DNA from: Octopus sinensis
Taxonomy: Eukaryota
Length of the DNA: 64,000 nt
Assembly: GCF_006345805.1 (NCBI RefSeq)
Contig: NC_043003.1
Span: 83,390,001 to 83,454,000, forward strand
Direction of reading: 5' to 3'
Made by a program: the position numbers and the translations under genes. Positions 33,881-47,149 of this stretch are shown here, one piece after another; positions within the stretch are counted from its first letter, which is position 1; every line of letters starts with the position of its first letter. The notes below the pieces were generated by a model, which was not told where the DNA came from, searched no databases, and saw only the letters and a program-made list of their open reading frames with translations.

Positions 33881-35443
33881 CTTATACCAGCCATGTATTG
33901 GGATAGATGATGTCGGCTAACTTACATCCTCTCAAAATTAATGACGTTGTACCCAAATTAAATACCACTATTATTGTTATTATTATCACCACAATCATCA
34001 TTATCAGCATTATTATTATTATTAATATTACAAAACTGCTAACGTAACTATATACTGTGTCTTTGAATTTGCTAAGAAATTGTGTCAGTAGGTTCCGCAT
34101 TAAACCATTTCGTTTCTCTATACTTTAGCACTTCAGAATAAAGACCCTGTCTTTAAATGTCAGTATTTTGATTGACCACCGGACATACTGTATGAAACCT
34201 ATTTCTGATTGATATGTCCTTCAGTTTCATTTATTATAAATATAATTTAATAATATATACATGCATACATACACACACACACACACACTTACGCACAGGA
34301 ATAATTTTGTTGTTGTATCTGGCGATGAATTATAGTCTTTAAGTCATATTTTATTTTTATATTGACATACGTTCTCAGACATCTTACTCAGACATTGGAC
34401 CTTGCAGACATCTTTCTTGAAGACATGGCAAGTACAGCATCAAATTATTTTATCGAACTAATGCCAACTATAAATCGATGATCGCAACATTTATGGTAGA
34501 CTTATTCCATCAAGGTTATCAACTGAAAGACAGGTGACATCAGAGCGTTCTCTCATGGCGATGTACCAAGAAATGTTTGGCAACAGGATCGCAAAACTTT
34601 CACACTTAATTAGCTGATAGCCTGAATATACTTCACTTTGACTTAGATCATTCCAGAAGGCATTTTTCTAGGAGAAGAAAACTGTGCCAGACAAAGATGA
34701 TGTCTATGATATGTTTACTATAGTATCATATGAAAATAGTATTTGAGAAATAGGATTTAGTTTTTATTTCAAATATTAGAAACCTATATTGTACCTCTTC
34801 GTTTTGGGGGTTGGGGCCTAATTCAAAGTAGAAAACTTGGATTTATAATCGGAGAAAATAAGACAATGGTCTGCAAAAGTTAATCCATAAAAGTTCGTAG
34901 AAAAAAATTTAAGTTGCTTAATTTGCCGTTAACTTTTGCTCCTCACGGCAAATTAAACTCACTTTAATTTCTTTTATCTTCAAAGTTTTAAAACTTTCAT
35001 AAACGAGTCATAGATCATGAAAGTTAGATATTAACAATTCATTCTCATTTGAGGAATTTATAACTTGGAGAGACAACATGATAAAATGCCGGATTAAATT
35101 AATTGCATTATTTAGTTACCTTGTAATTTAAAATAATGATGTGAATGATTTCGCATTCCATTCCATTTGTTGAAGGGTGATAAAATAAGTACTAGTAATG
35201 AATTCGGGGACATTTAACTGAGTATAATATTCTCAACAAATATGTAACCTTAGATTCTGTTATGTTGCACGTTCGGATGACCTCTACTACTCCACTCGAC
35301 TCTACTCTTCTGTGCTCTCTGATGACGTCTAGACTTCTCGCTCTATATCTACGTATTGGGTTAGCCTACTTCATCGTCTGGGGGCGTCCACACAACACAT
35401 TCACATTTAGAAGTCAAAATTATATACATAACTACGGCGGCGA

Positions 35444-35640
35444 GCTGTTAGAATTGTTATCACGCTGGGAAAAATGCTTTACGGCACATTCTGGGTTCAT
35501 ATTCCGCCGAAGTTGACGTTGTCTTCCCTCCTCTCAGGGTCGATAAAAAAAGTACCAGTTGAGCACCGGGATTGCTGTAATCGACTTTCCACCTCACCCG
35601 AAATTATTGACCTTATGCCTAAATTTGAAACCAATATTAT
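35444..35640 (+). mobile_element. SINE family A
   Basis: ggcgagctgttagaattgttatcacgctgggaaaaatgctt...cgccgaagttgac...gggtcgataaa. Confidence 0.8.
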
Positions 35641-36651
35641 TTTATGTAATTTAAGATGATATAATAGTAGAAAATACTAAGTAGAAGTTACAGTGACGTC
35701 TCTCTCAAAGTATTGGATTCCTCTTTGGTCGACGATTCCGTTGGTCCCTTTTCAGTCTAGGCATCAAGTAAATAAATTTAAGTGTTGATTTAAATTACTA
35801 ATCACTTCTCATACACATATCTGTGACCTTGCCTCTTAGATAGTGATACTTAAAATTATGAGACGTACTTGTAATACGCCTTGAAGTTCAAGTGATTAAT
35901 TTTCTAGTCGGTGTTTAAATGTGCATTTTAGTTTAGTTTTAGTTAGTCCCATACCTCCTATAGAGTGTATCTAAAAGGTTTTATCTATCCTCCTTTTCAC
36001 GCACACCACTGTGAATCCTTGCATATTACCAGAGGTATTTTCATGCACATAAAATTGGGTAGACATGTACCTAATGTCAAATTTGATTCACAGAAATACA
36101 TAACCGTCACTAATCACATTCTTCTACAACTCGACGTTAATAGGGATGACCATTGGTTGATGTATCCCGCCATGGTAAGCAAGATACAGAAAGAGAGTGC
36201 CAAATGAGAGGTGCTAGATTCCCCATGAATCAAGTTTAATAGCCAGCTGCGATTCGCACTCAATATCTGAGCGCCACATTTCATATTTACTCACTGTCTG
36301 AACAGATTTGATCAACTATAGACAGAAAGGATTTCTAAATATCAGTCGATTACATGTATGTATCTATGTATGTACGTACGTATGTATGTATGTATGTATG
36401 TATGTATGATGTATGTATGTATGTATGTATGTATGTATGTATGTATGTATGTATGTATGTATGTTGTATGTATGTATGTATGCAGGTATGTATGTATAAA
36501 TGTGTGTATGTGTGAAAACGCCACTGGATTGGGAGAAAGCGCTAATAATTCGAATGATATGATCTGAATGATATGATAGATATATATGTAAAAAATGTAA
36601 TATATAAATAAATATCTATAAATATGAACCATCCGATCTGATTACCTCATT

Positions 36652-36709
<58 letters not shown>

Positions 36710-36712
<3 letters not shown>

Positions 36713-37248
36713 AGGTCACTTTCGAGTGCTACTGGTAATAGTACAACCTGTTGCATGGTCGGGTCGTCGGCGACTAAACCGGCAACCCCACCAAGCTTGC
36801 TTAGTGAGGAGGGTGTTTATTGGACACCCTGCGGGATGAAAAACAAAACCCGTCAAAGGGCTGAGGAACTCTTGAGAGTCAACGGCCATCCAATAAATGT
36901 GTATTTTTTTCTCTCTCTTAAGGCTTAAGGCTGTATCATGCGCGGAGACATAGAAATAATCGAACTGAATACCCGATCGCGCGGTTAAACCATTGGGAGT
37001 GAAGAACTCCTAGCGTTTGTTAGGGCATCCTTCTAGGAGAAGGTAACTCAGGTAACTGGGATAACTCCGACATAAAACCTGCGGCTCAGTGGTTACCGAT
37101 GATATTGACTTGTTCTTCTCTTCGGATTATGGCTGCTGTTGCTTAGTGAGTGGGATTGACTCAGTGCACAGCCCTTCCTCACTTTAAAAAAAAATCTTCT
37201 TGCACAACCATTGCACGATAACAACATTGATTAAGCTTCAGCCAGCAT
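36710..37248 (+). mobile_element. Non-coding element resembling an RTE LINE 5' UTR, between (TA)n tracts
   Basis: Contains tctaggagaaggtaactc...aaacctgcggc (37032 onward), which resembles RTE 5'-UTR motifs as I recall them. GC-richer than its flanks; TA tracts on both sides. Confidence 0.5.
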
Positions 37249-37497
37249 ATATATATATACCAGTAATACCACAAAGTACAGTAGTAACCACATCACTATA
37301 CTGAAGCAGAAAAATGATAATCCACGTGGAGCTCTAAACTCGTCAGTGGAAATCGTACATCTAAATGCACACACAAAATGTACTATAAGCGTGTGGCTAT
37401 ACATGTATGTATATTATTATATTATATATATATACACATAAATATGTAAATGTTATACATGTACACATGAATATGTGAAGGTTTTTATATATTTGTC

Positions 37498-37900
37498 TGT
37501 GTGGTAAGAAGGTTGCTTCCCAACCACACTGTTCCGGGTTCAGTCCCACTGTGTGGGACTTGGGCAAGTATCTTCTATCATAACCTCAGACCGACCAAAG
37601 CCTCGTGAGTGAATTTAGTAGACGGAAATTGAAAGAAGCCCGTCGTTTATATATGCATATATATATATGTATTTGTGTCTGTGTTTGTCACCCTAACCAT
37701 CACTTGACAACCGATGTTGGTGTGTTTACGTCCCCGTAACTTGGCGGTTCAGCAAAAGATCCCGATAGAATAAGGACTAAGCTTACAAAAGAATAATACC
37801 TGGGTCGATTTTTTCGATTAAAACTCTTTTTAAGGCGGTGCTCCAGCACGGCCGCAGTCAAAATGACTGAAACAAATGAAAGAAAAAAGAAAGAATAAAG
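37498..37900 (+). mobile_element. SINE family B
   Basis: gtggtaagaaggttgcttcccaaccac...ttgggcaagtatcttct...gccgcagtcaaaatgactgaaac. Confidence 0.9.
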
Positions 37901-39164
37901 GAATATGCAATTGGTAGTTCATGTGCCTCTTTTTACCTTTTTCACATAGATTGTATATTATTTATCAGTATTATAATTTCATTATTTAGCTCAATTTTAT
38001 GTGCATATCGAAGTTGATCAAAATTCTCTCGAGATGTTGGCTAAAGGTGAATGATTTAAAACAGTGTTTGGAGAAAATGTCGACAGATTAATGATTCGTG
38101 TTCAAGTTATTTGCTGTATGGACAGAATTCCTTGGTTGACAAATATAAATCTTACTAGTCATTATAACATATTTCAAAAATAAGTGCCATATTTGGATAC
38201 TACGCGCCAATAGTAGTAGAAATAAATTATGGTGAATATATTCAATGTTTCATTATATAGCGATGCTGAGTTGCAAAGAAACTCTGGGTACAGATTAGGG
38301 CACGTATAAAACATAACAGTTTATTGTCTATCTTAATCTACAGACATCCTGAAATCTGCAGCATAAATAGAAAATAAATCCTTCAACGACACGTTCAACT
38401 ACAGCAGCAGATGCAGTAACAAAATTATTGTAAAATAGTAAAACCAACAGCTGCCTATATCACCAAGAAATACATAGAAATACATAACTATCTATCTATA
38501 CAGTTACGCATTACATTCTTATGGTTTATGTTCACAGATATGTATAGCAAATTGCTATGTGACTATAACAATGACATTCCACAAATAGACATTTCATCAA
38601 CCTATATAAATAAACAGTATATGTACGTGTAAGCAGTTATATTATTTTGATATCCATTTATATATTTTGTATATTTATGAACAATAGCATTTGGGGTTAC
38701 AGGCTTACAAGGGCCACACACTGGTTCACTGCATTTACCAATACTAGAGTGACAAGGGAGTTTCTGCGCAGTTCGGGCGGAACAAATATCACGCAAAAGG
38801 TTTTTCGTGCGAAGGCAACGGTATATTGATTTTCTCGTCGATGTAAATGTGTACACAAGGATAAACACACATACGCTTCAATGTACATGATAATGAAATG
38901 CATAAATGTGTGTATATGTGTGTGAGCATGTCTGTGTGTATGTGTATGTGTGTTTGCATATATATATATATACATATATACCTACATACGTACCTATATG
39001 TGTATGTATGTATGTATGTATGTATGTATGTATATATGTACGTATGTATGTATGCTCGTGTATATTTGTGTTCAAAGATAGCTATAGAGATATCCAGATA
39101 TATATATGTTTATATACATCGATACACATATTCATACATACATATAGATAGATAGATAGATAGA

Positions 39165-39269
<105 letters not shown>

Positions 39270-39312
39270 TGTATGTCTGTGTCCATGTGTGCGCAGGGAG
39301 AGAGAAAGGGCG

Positions 39313-39351
<39 letters not shown>

Positions 39352-39476
39352 GAGAAGGAAGGAAAGAAAGTAATAAAGAAAGAAAGAAACGACGAGATTA
39401 TATCTCAGCACCAGATATCGACTTTTTAAGCATATATTTCCTTTACAGTTGTAAAATACATACATATATACATACA

Positions 39477-39539
<63 letters not shown>

Positions 39540-40028
39540 CTCCTGAAGAGCATAACGAGAAACTGCTCTCGTGTACTGAACGTCTCTGAATATCATTACG
39601 ACTCTTCATAGGCCAGAAGGCTTAAGTGAGACTGTTGTGAACGTATATTATTTGATAGAAACTGCGAAGACAGTAAAAGACGGTATATAGATCTATGGTT
39701 AACGTTTGTGCGTTCATATCTGGTAAGAATTGACATTGCTTTTCATCTGCCCGGGATCGATAAAATAGAGATCAGTAATAATGTTCGACCTGTAGCCTCA
39801 TATTCAAATATAATTTGTCATCCTACACTTTCCCTTCATTGATGAGTGCGGTCGCATCAATACAGTATAGTTATATTAAACCACACACGTTGATACATCA
39901 GAAGAGACAGACTTCTGCCATTGGCGTGTATCGAATACTTCTATCGAAGTTTCTAAATGAAAACAACAGACATATATTATATGTTATGTCTCTTTCTTTC
40001 ACTCTTCTTTCTCTCCCTTTCATACATA

Positions 40029-40070
<42 letters not shown>

Positions 40071-40089
40071 CTCTCTGGATATAATAGTG

Positions 40090-40129
<40 letters not shown>

Positions 40130-40145
40130 AAGATAGATAGCTAGC

Positions 40146-40221
<76 letters not shown>

Positions 40222-40229
40222 CAGACAGA
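40130..40229. repeat. (GATA)n microsatellite
   Basis: Direct reading. Confidence 0.95.
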
Positions 40230-40251
40230 TGTATATATATATCCAAACATA

Positions 40252-41092
40252 GAGGGTGCGATGGGTAAATTGTCACCATTTTATATTTTCAGTTTCGCAC
40301 AGTATAGTAGGGTCAGTTGGGCACTACGACGCAATTCACTCTGCCATAAATTTGGAAACGACATGCTGAAGTGCTTGACATTCGCGCCGGAGGCTCAAAT
40401 ACGAACAATACAGAGTACATGAGTGTCAATCAGAGGAGAGTGAAACCTGAGGACATGTACTGAGAGTGATAAAAATCAAACAACCAGTCGACATCATAGT
40501 GTTTGCAGTGATCACTAGTGATTGCGACGTTATGCCTCCATTCATCTTCCCACATGGCTTCAGACTCAACACGAAGGCCTACACCAAGAGCCTGGAGGAG
40601 GTAGAGCTACCCTGAGTCAAGAGGGTTGCTGCTGGAAGATACTATATCTGGTAACAGGATTCTGTACCATGCTACACAAGCAGGAGAACCCAGTCATGGC
40701 AATCAAACAATTTCTGCGACCACATCACTCCTAACATCTGACCACCAAACTCCCCAGACTGCAACCCCCTTGATTATTATATGTGGGGCGTAGTTGAGCG
40801 AGAGACCAACAAAACTCCCTGTAATACCAATGATGAACTGGAGGCAATGATTATGGCAGCATTCACTAACTTAAACAAAGAGACCGTCCAAAAGAGTTGC
40901 AGGAGATTCCGAAGGCGTCTGGAGACCGTGATTCAAGCCAATGGTGATTTTATTGATTTTATTAAATAAATTTACTCTTTGGTATTTCAAGATTTTTTTT
41001 TGTAAATTTCGTAAATATATCTGTTAAAATGAGATATCTGTATTATTTTCATTTTTGCGTAATTTAGACGACAGTTTAATCATCGCAGCCTG
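40252..41092 (+). mobile_element. Internally deleted maT (DD37D) transposon with both TIRs
   Basis: QDSVPCYTSRRTQSWQSNNFCDHITPNI*PPNSPDCNPLDYYMW has 37 residues between the two Ds. TIR-like ends gagggtgcgatgggtaaattgtc and gacagtttaatcatcgcagcctg. Confidence 0.88.
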
Positions 41093-41759
41093 CATATATA
41101 TATTTGATTGACCGCTAACTCCAATTTTTTTTTTTCTCTATCTGTTTATTTCCTTGTGCTCCTTTCTCTTGAAGAGTGTAGGTTCGAAACGTAAAAGATT
41201 TTCTCACCTTCCCGAGCGTCAGACTAATACACCTGTTTGCTGTTTATACATCTATAAATTATTGGATCGTCAGTAGAATACCTCTATATTTAATTTATCT
41301 TTATTATTGGTATCATATGGTATTCAACTGAAGTACCAGTGAATTGGATGTTTAACACACCCCTTTGAAGGATTTCTTTTCCTCAGTTTGCTACATATAT
41401 ATACATATACATACACTCATACACACACACACACACACACACTCGCATACATATATTATGTGTGTGTGTTTGTACCTATGCGTGTTTGTATTTATCTATG
41501 TTTGTATATCATTCTTATACAAAAATGTTGTTGACAGTGACTTCGAAGTTTTGGTCAGCTAAGCCATCGCCTTATGTAGACAAACGGAGGAATAAAGAGA
41601 GCTTAATACTTTCTATGGCCAAATGATTCAAGGAAAATTTTGGTTGATCTACATTTTTTGGCAATAATTTTAATATGCTTTTGTCCTGTTTATGGGAAAT
41701 AGATAACCTATTATCTATACAACTTATATCACTTCAGCAACAAGACTATTGGATATTGT

Positions 41760-42020
41760 TATACACCGCTGGCCACAATGTGCTTTCTTCCATTGTGAAC
41801 GACGACGCCATCCCGCTGGCTAGACTGGCAAACCTGGCGAGCCAACGTTTCCCACTAAACGGTACGCTAGTCCCCTCGTCGGCTTTCCTATTTGAAGCTA
41901 AATGAAGCGGAACAAAATGAAATGAAGTGTTTTGCTCAAGAACACGACACACTGCCGGCCTGGGATTTGAAACTACGATCTTGCGATCGCGAGTGCATCA
42001 CCCGAACAACTAGGATGCGT
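41760..42020 (-). mobile_element. tRNA-derived SINE, family D-like
   Basis: Minus strand gcactcgcgatcgcaagatcgtagtttcaaatcccaggccgg...gttcttgagcaaaacac. Confidence 0.7.
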
Positions 42021-42860
42021 AATATAATTGTGCCATTCACAATAGTCAGAGCTTTTCAGTTGCGCGACGTTGGTGGTACTGTGATGTATTCGTGGCGGTT
42101 ATACAGAAAGAATACGAGAAGTTTAAGTGTACGTACTGAGATAGAAAATTGCATAACACACTAGATTAATGATTTGCTTCAGCATAACCTGGATTCATTC
42201 AGGTGTAAATTACGTTTGGGATCTTTCAGATGCGAATCATTAACAAGCGCGTGTGCACACTTACGCACGTACACACGTGTGCGCACGTACACACGTTGCG
42301 CACGCACGCACATAAGACGTGTGCGTTTGTTATATACAAGTGTGCTTGTTCGTGTTTCTTATATGCGAGTGCACCTGCGTATGTTTGCACATGTATGTGC
42401 ACGCACAAAACTGTTTGTAAATGTACATATTTTTGAGTGTGTATGTAGTTTCTTTCCAAATAGCTTGACGCTTTTCAGCAGCAAATAGCAAATAGATCTG
42501 ATGTTTGAAAGAGTGAGAGAGAGAAAGCGAGAGAGAGAGAGAGAAGAGAAAGAGAGAGAGAGAAAGAGAGAGAGTATGTGTGTGTGTGCGTGAGTGTGTG
42601 TGTGTGTCTCTGTGTGTGTGTTTGTGCATGTGTGTGCGAGTATGTCTGTGTGTGTGATGTTTTTACTCGTGTAGAGTCAATCTCTTGCCACTCTGAGTTT
42701 TACCTGTTGGTGCAGTCTCCAGGTAAGTTACGATTGCCTGAAGAACATGTGCACACACTGGCGAATCTCAAAGTAAAAAGAAACTGGCTCAACCAAAATA
42801 AAATAGTATTAACCTCTTCTATGGTGTCGAGTAGCCTTTTTCCTACAGTCAATACTAATC

Positions 42861-42894
<34 letters not shown>

Positions 42895-43129
42895 ATGTGT
42901 TTGTTCTTGTGAATATGGTATTCAATATATCGGAATGTAAAATATATTTCTTATAAATGACTAGATAACAGTTTTCTAACACCGTTTTAATCTTCGGGTT
43001 TTCTTAAAGCTACTGAAGCACTGTACCATAGGTTGTTAAAATAAGTTAGAGAATATGAGAGATAGAAAGGAAAATGGGGAAAGGGAAAGCTTGAAAGTGG
43101 AAGGTGGAAAGAGATGAAGGGAGAAAAAG

Positions 43130-43430
43130 GGAAGAAAGACGAGAAACGCCGTTAAATCGAAAGGGAGTGGAAGAGGTAAAGACGTTGCTAGGGAAAATGA
43201 TCGTAGAATCTACAGGCGAAGTTGTTGGTTCAGTATGATTTCGATCTCTAAAGTGGTGAAGAAAGTCTATAAATTATCTGTGGCTAATAATTTATGGGCA
43301 AAAGTGACACTTTGAAGTTGATATGGTTGTTAACCAGATAAGTATGTAGTCTTTGTTTAGATGTGTTGATTTTAAGAAATGTAGGTTAGAGCAAACGATG
43401 TATGATCGAAATTATAAAACTGTTGTATGT
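43130..43430 (-). repeat. Dispersed repeat, homologous to 48640-48950 (tentatively a PLE endonuclease C-terminus plus pyrimidine-rich UTR)
   Basis: Shared gctaggga, aagtgacactttgaagttgatatggt and gatgtgttgattttaag blocks. Confidence 0.6.
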
Positions 43431-43753
43431 AGTTGTAAGGCAAGCAGAAAAATATATAGGAATTTACGATCATACTGTTCATATATTATTTATATATGAA
43501 TACGATGTTAATATAGCATTCCTGTCAGTGAGGGCGACTTTGTATTTCTTCCTTTTGGAGTCGATTAAATTGGTACCAGTTGAAAGAGGTTTGAGGACCG
43601 ATAGAAAGTATTAGGTATTGAGTATGTGACTAGTTTATAGGGTTAGGAGTGAAAAAAAGATGAAAGCTGAAAAATCAACAGAAGAGACTGGAGAGGGGAA
43701 TGAAGCATACGCTTGCAGGTATTGACTGAAATATGATTGCATACACAGCCAGT

Positions 43754-44058
43754 GGAGACATATAGCCTCGTGGTTAGAGCAGCGGACTCGCGGTCGAGGG
43801 ATTGCGGGTTCGAATCTCAGACCGGGCGATGTGTGTGTGTTTATGAGCGAAACACCTAAGCTCCACGCGGCTCCAGCAGAAGGTAATGGCGAACTTCTGC
43901 TGACACTTTCGCCACAACTTTCTCTCACTCTTTCCTCCTGCATCTTGCAGCTCACCCGCGACGGACCGGCGTCCTGTCCAGGTGGGGAACCTATACGCCA
44001 AGGAAACCGGGAAACCGGCCCTTATGAGCCAGGCATGGCTCGAGAAGGAACAAACATA
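43754..44058 (+). mobile_element. tRNA-derived SINE, family C
   Basis: gtggttagagcagcggactcgcggtcg...gggttcgaatctcagaccggg...aagctccacgcggctcc. Confidence 0.85.
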
Positions 44059-44211
44059 CACATCCACAGTACCAGGAGTATGAATGGCGGTGAAATGGGT
44101 AGAAAAGTCAGTGTGTCAGATAGAATTCCTTGCAGTATTAGTTTTGGTTCCCAGCATTCTAAATTCAAATCTGGTTCAGTGTACTAGGCTATCTCTCACC
44201 CTTTCTTTCTC

Positions 44212-44289
<78 letters not shown>

Positions 44290-44602
44290 TTATACTTCTA
44301 ACTTATCGGACCAACCTTGTAACATTGTGTTCCCCAATCCGGCCTGAGAATTGTATTAAAGGTAAACATTTTTATGAAATACTCAACCTCGTACAATACA
44401 ATTTCATGTGTGTTTGTGTATAAGACCTAACGTACAAGCTCACAGAATAACATACGAATAAATAGTAAGAACATACTTATATGATCATCTGTAGTTGTGT
44501 GTGTGTGTTTGTGTGTGTGTGTGTATGTGTGTGTGTGTGTGTGGTGTGTGTGTGTGTGTGTCTGTGTGTCTGTGTGTCTGTGTGTGTGTGTGTGTGTGCA
44601 TA

Positions 44603-45570
44603 CATCCACGCGTGCAGACTGTCCGACATCCACAGACGAGATCACAGGTTGCTTACGGATATGGTATCATTGACAAAAACCATGTACACCGATGGATGAA
44701 GAAGTTTACAGAAGACGAAAAGACCCTCCAAGACAAACCGCGCCGTGGAAGAAAGACCGTCAACTGCGACCGCTGAAACGTATTGCCAGCGAGTGGGCGA
44801 TTTGATTCGAGCGGTCAGACGAGCACAAATAAAATATGATCACAAATAAAATATGATCACAAAGTCGTACATAAGAGAGTAGAAGAACTTTGAGTAGAGG
44901 AAAGCGTGTGCGAAGGACGCATCTCAGAAGTCGATACCCGATTTGAAGAAAAGAAGTGCGGAAGTCTAGTTTAATCAACTGAAAACGTTTGAAGCCAATG
45001 AAGACATGTTTTATCCGATCAGATAATCGGGGATGAAACGTGGTCATATCTTAATCCGGAAACAAAGGTTCAGTTCATGGAATGTTATTACACCTCTTCT
45101 CCAAGTTCTAAGAAATTCTAGAACCAGAGATTAGCACAGAAAGTCACGGCGATTGCTTTTGAAGATGACAAAGGCGTCATTTTGCTTCGTTTTTTGGAAC
45201 ATGATCGTGCCTTGAACAACAAGCAGTGTATTGAGACATTCAAAAAGCTTAGAAAAGCCGTTATGAGGAAAATACCGAACAAGAATCTGAAAACTATTCA
45301 TATTTACTATAACAATGCACTTCTGCACGCCTATTTGGCAACAAATCAAGAGATCTATACGGACCGAATCTGGTGCCCTCTCTTTTCCTTCTGTTCGGTC
45401 CAATGAAAACCAGTCTTCGGGGACAACGATCTAATGATACAGATGAGGTGAAAGAGACTGTATGACGTTAGCACAGTAATGCAAACCTGAATTATTTTAA
45501 AGAGAAATCTAGAGGTGCAAGTGCATCACTTGTGATGTGGATGAAAATTACGTCAAGTACCTTTGTAAAT
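44603..45570 (+). mobile_element. Mariner transposase pseudogene
   Basis: VHRWMKKFTEDEKTLQDKPRRGR; GDETWSYLNPETK; DDKGVILLRFLEH...YYNNALLH; FGPMKTSLRGQR. Confidence 0.85.
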
Positions 45571-46705
45571 AGAAATAATTACTCTGCCAATGTGTGCAAT
45601 TTGAACAACTTATACCAGTTTCTAAAAAACTATAGCTAGTTTTGCATTAATTTCAGGAAAATCCTTGTATGTATAAATATATTGGATATATAATTTTTAT
45701 CAAATATATGTAAATATATGTCAAATATATAGCGAAATCAAAATATGGTTACCTAGTTATTTCTATTGAGGATCAAGTCTAACAAATACTGTTATAGACA
45801 CAGGTATTTTACATAGTGATTTCAAATTTTAACACAAGACCAGCAATTTCGTGGGAGGAAGTAAATTGATTACATTGACCCCAGCACTCAGTGAGTACTT
45901 TTTTGTCAACCCCGAAACGCTGCTAAGTATTTAGCTCGTGCTAACGATTCTGCCTTACAGTTGTTTTATATATTGGTAGGAATATAGCTATAGGTACAAG
46001 TAAGATATAGCATTAATTATCTAGTGTTATTATCTGTCTTTTGTTGATAAGAATACCTGAAAACACTAAAATAAAATCAGACCCAAATGAAAGAATATTA
46101 TTGCCCAGATCATTGCATGAAATTGTAGAGGAAAGCTAGGGACAGGCTGGATCTACATGGATTGTATTGTCCCATCTGATTACCTGGTAGTGTTAAGAAG
46201 TATACTTGTAAGGTGAGATATGTGTAAACTAATGGATTATGCCTGTTGCATGCGTGATCGAATTCTTTCAGAAAGTTTTGTGGACATAGGTTTGTGAGCA
46301 ATATTTATATACTTTCAGGCGTACAGGTTTTACGAGGTTGAAATTTTCCATCTCACGAGAAGCACCATATTTTCAAGTCCAATATGTCTTGAAAACACAG
46401 TGTTGCATCTTTAGAATTTCAGAAGGTATCTGTACTGATGATGACGTAGTTTAAAAAGATGCAAAGATGCGTTAGATGATTAGTTAGTTTGTACAGAACA
46501 CTATAACTATACAAATTCTATTTTTCTCTTGGAATTTGAACGTAAGTAAACAGTTTCTCACGTTAAAGTAAGTACTGTTTATTAGTAAGCAGGCTGGTGT
46601 CAGATCGATACAACTTAATGATGTTTAATTTAACGAGTATTTGACCTAAACTTTTTGTGGCAGAACTTATGTTAAATGTTTGTTGTTATTTATGCTGTGA
46701 CAAAG

Positions 46706-47050
46706 AGGCGAGCTGGCAGAATCGTTAGCACGCCGGGCGAAATACTTAGCGGTATTTTGTCTGCCGTTACATTCTGAGTTCAAATTCCGCCGAGGTCGAC
46801 TTTGCCTTTCATCCTTTCGGGGTCGATTAAATAAGTATCAGTTACGCATTGGGGTCGATATAATCGACTTAATCCGTTTGTCTGTCCTTGTTTGTCCTCT
46901 CTGTGTTTAGCCCCTTATGGGTAGTAAAGAAATAGGTAGTTCGCCTGCCGTTACGTTCTGAGTTCAATTTCCGCTGAGGTCGACTTTGCCTTCATCCTTT
47001 CGGGGCCGATGAAATAAGTATCAAAATTTTCAAGACCTTGTGCCTAGAGT
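46706..47050 (+). mobile_element. SINE family A, well preserved, followed by a partial re-duplication of its body
   Basis: Full head-to-tail copy 46706-46935, then the ctgccgttac...ggggccgatgaaataagtatc block is repeated. Confidence 0.9.
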
Positions 47051-47149
47051 AGAAATAATTATTCATAATAATAATTCATTTTTCTAAAACAGCTTGAAAA
47101 AGCTTTTAGTATGCTGGTTTCGGTTGGTACGTAATATGCAGGAGTAAAG

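Noticed and set aside
37320-37355. Minus-strand CUGACGA-stem-CACGUG motif
   Set aside because: The GAAA core is absent; at best an unrecognisably dead remnant.
39545-39615. CTGAAGA...GAAAC hammerhead-like string with an imperfect inverted repeat
   Set aside because: Stems I, II and III all fail to pair adequately.
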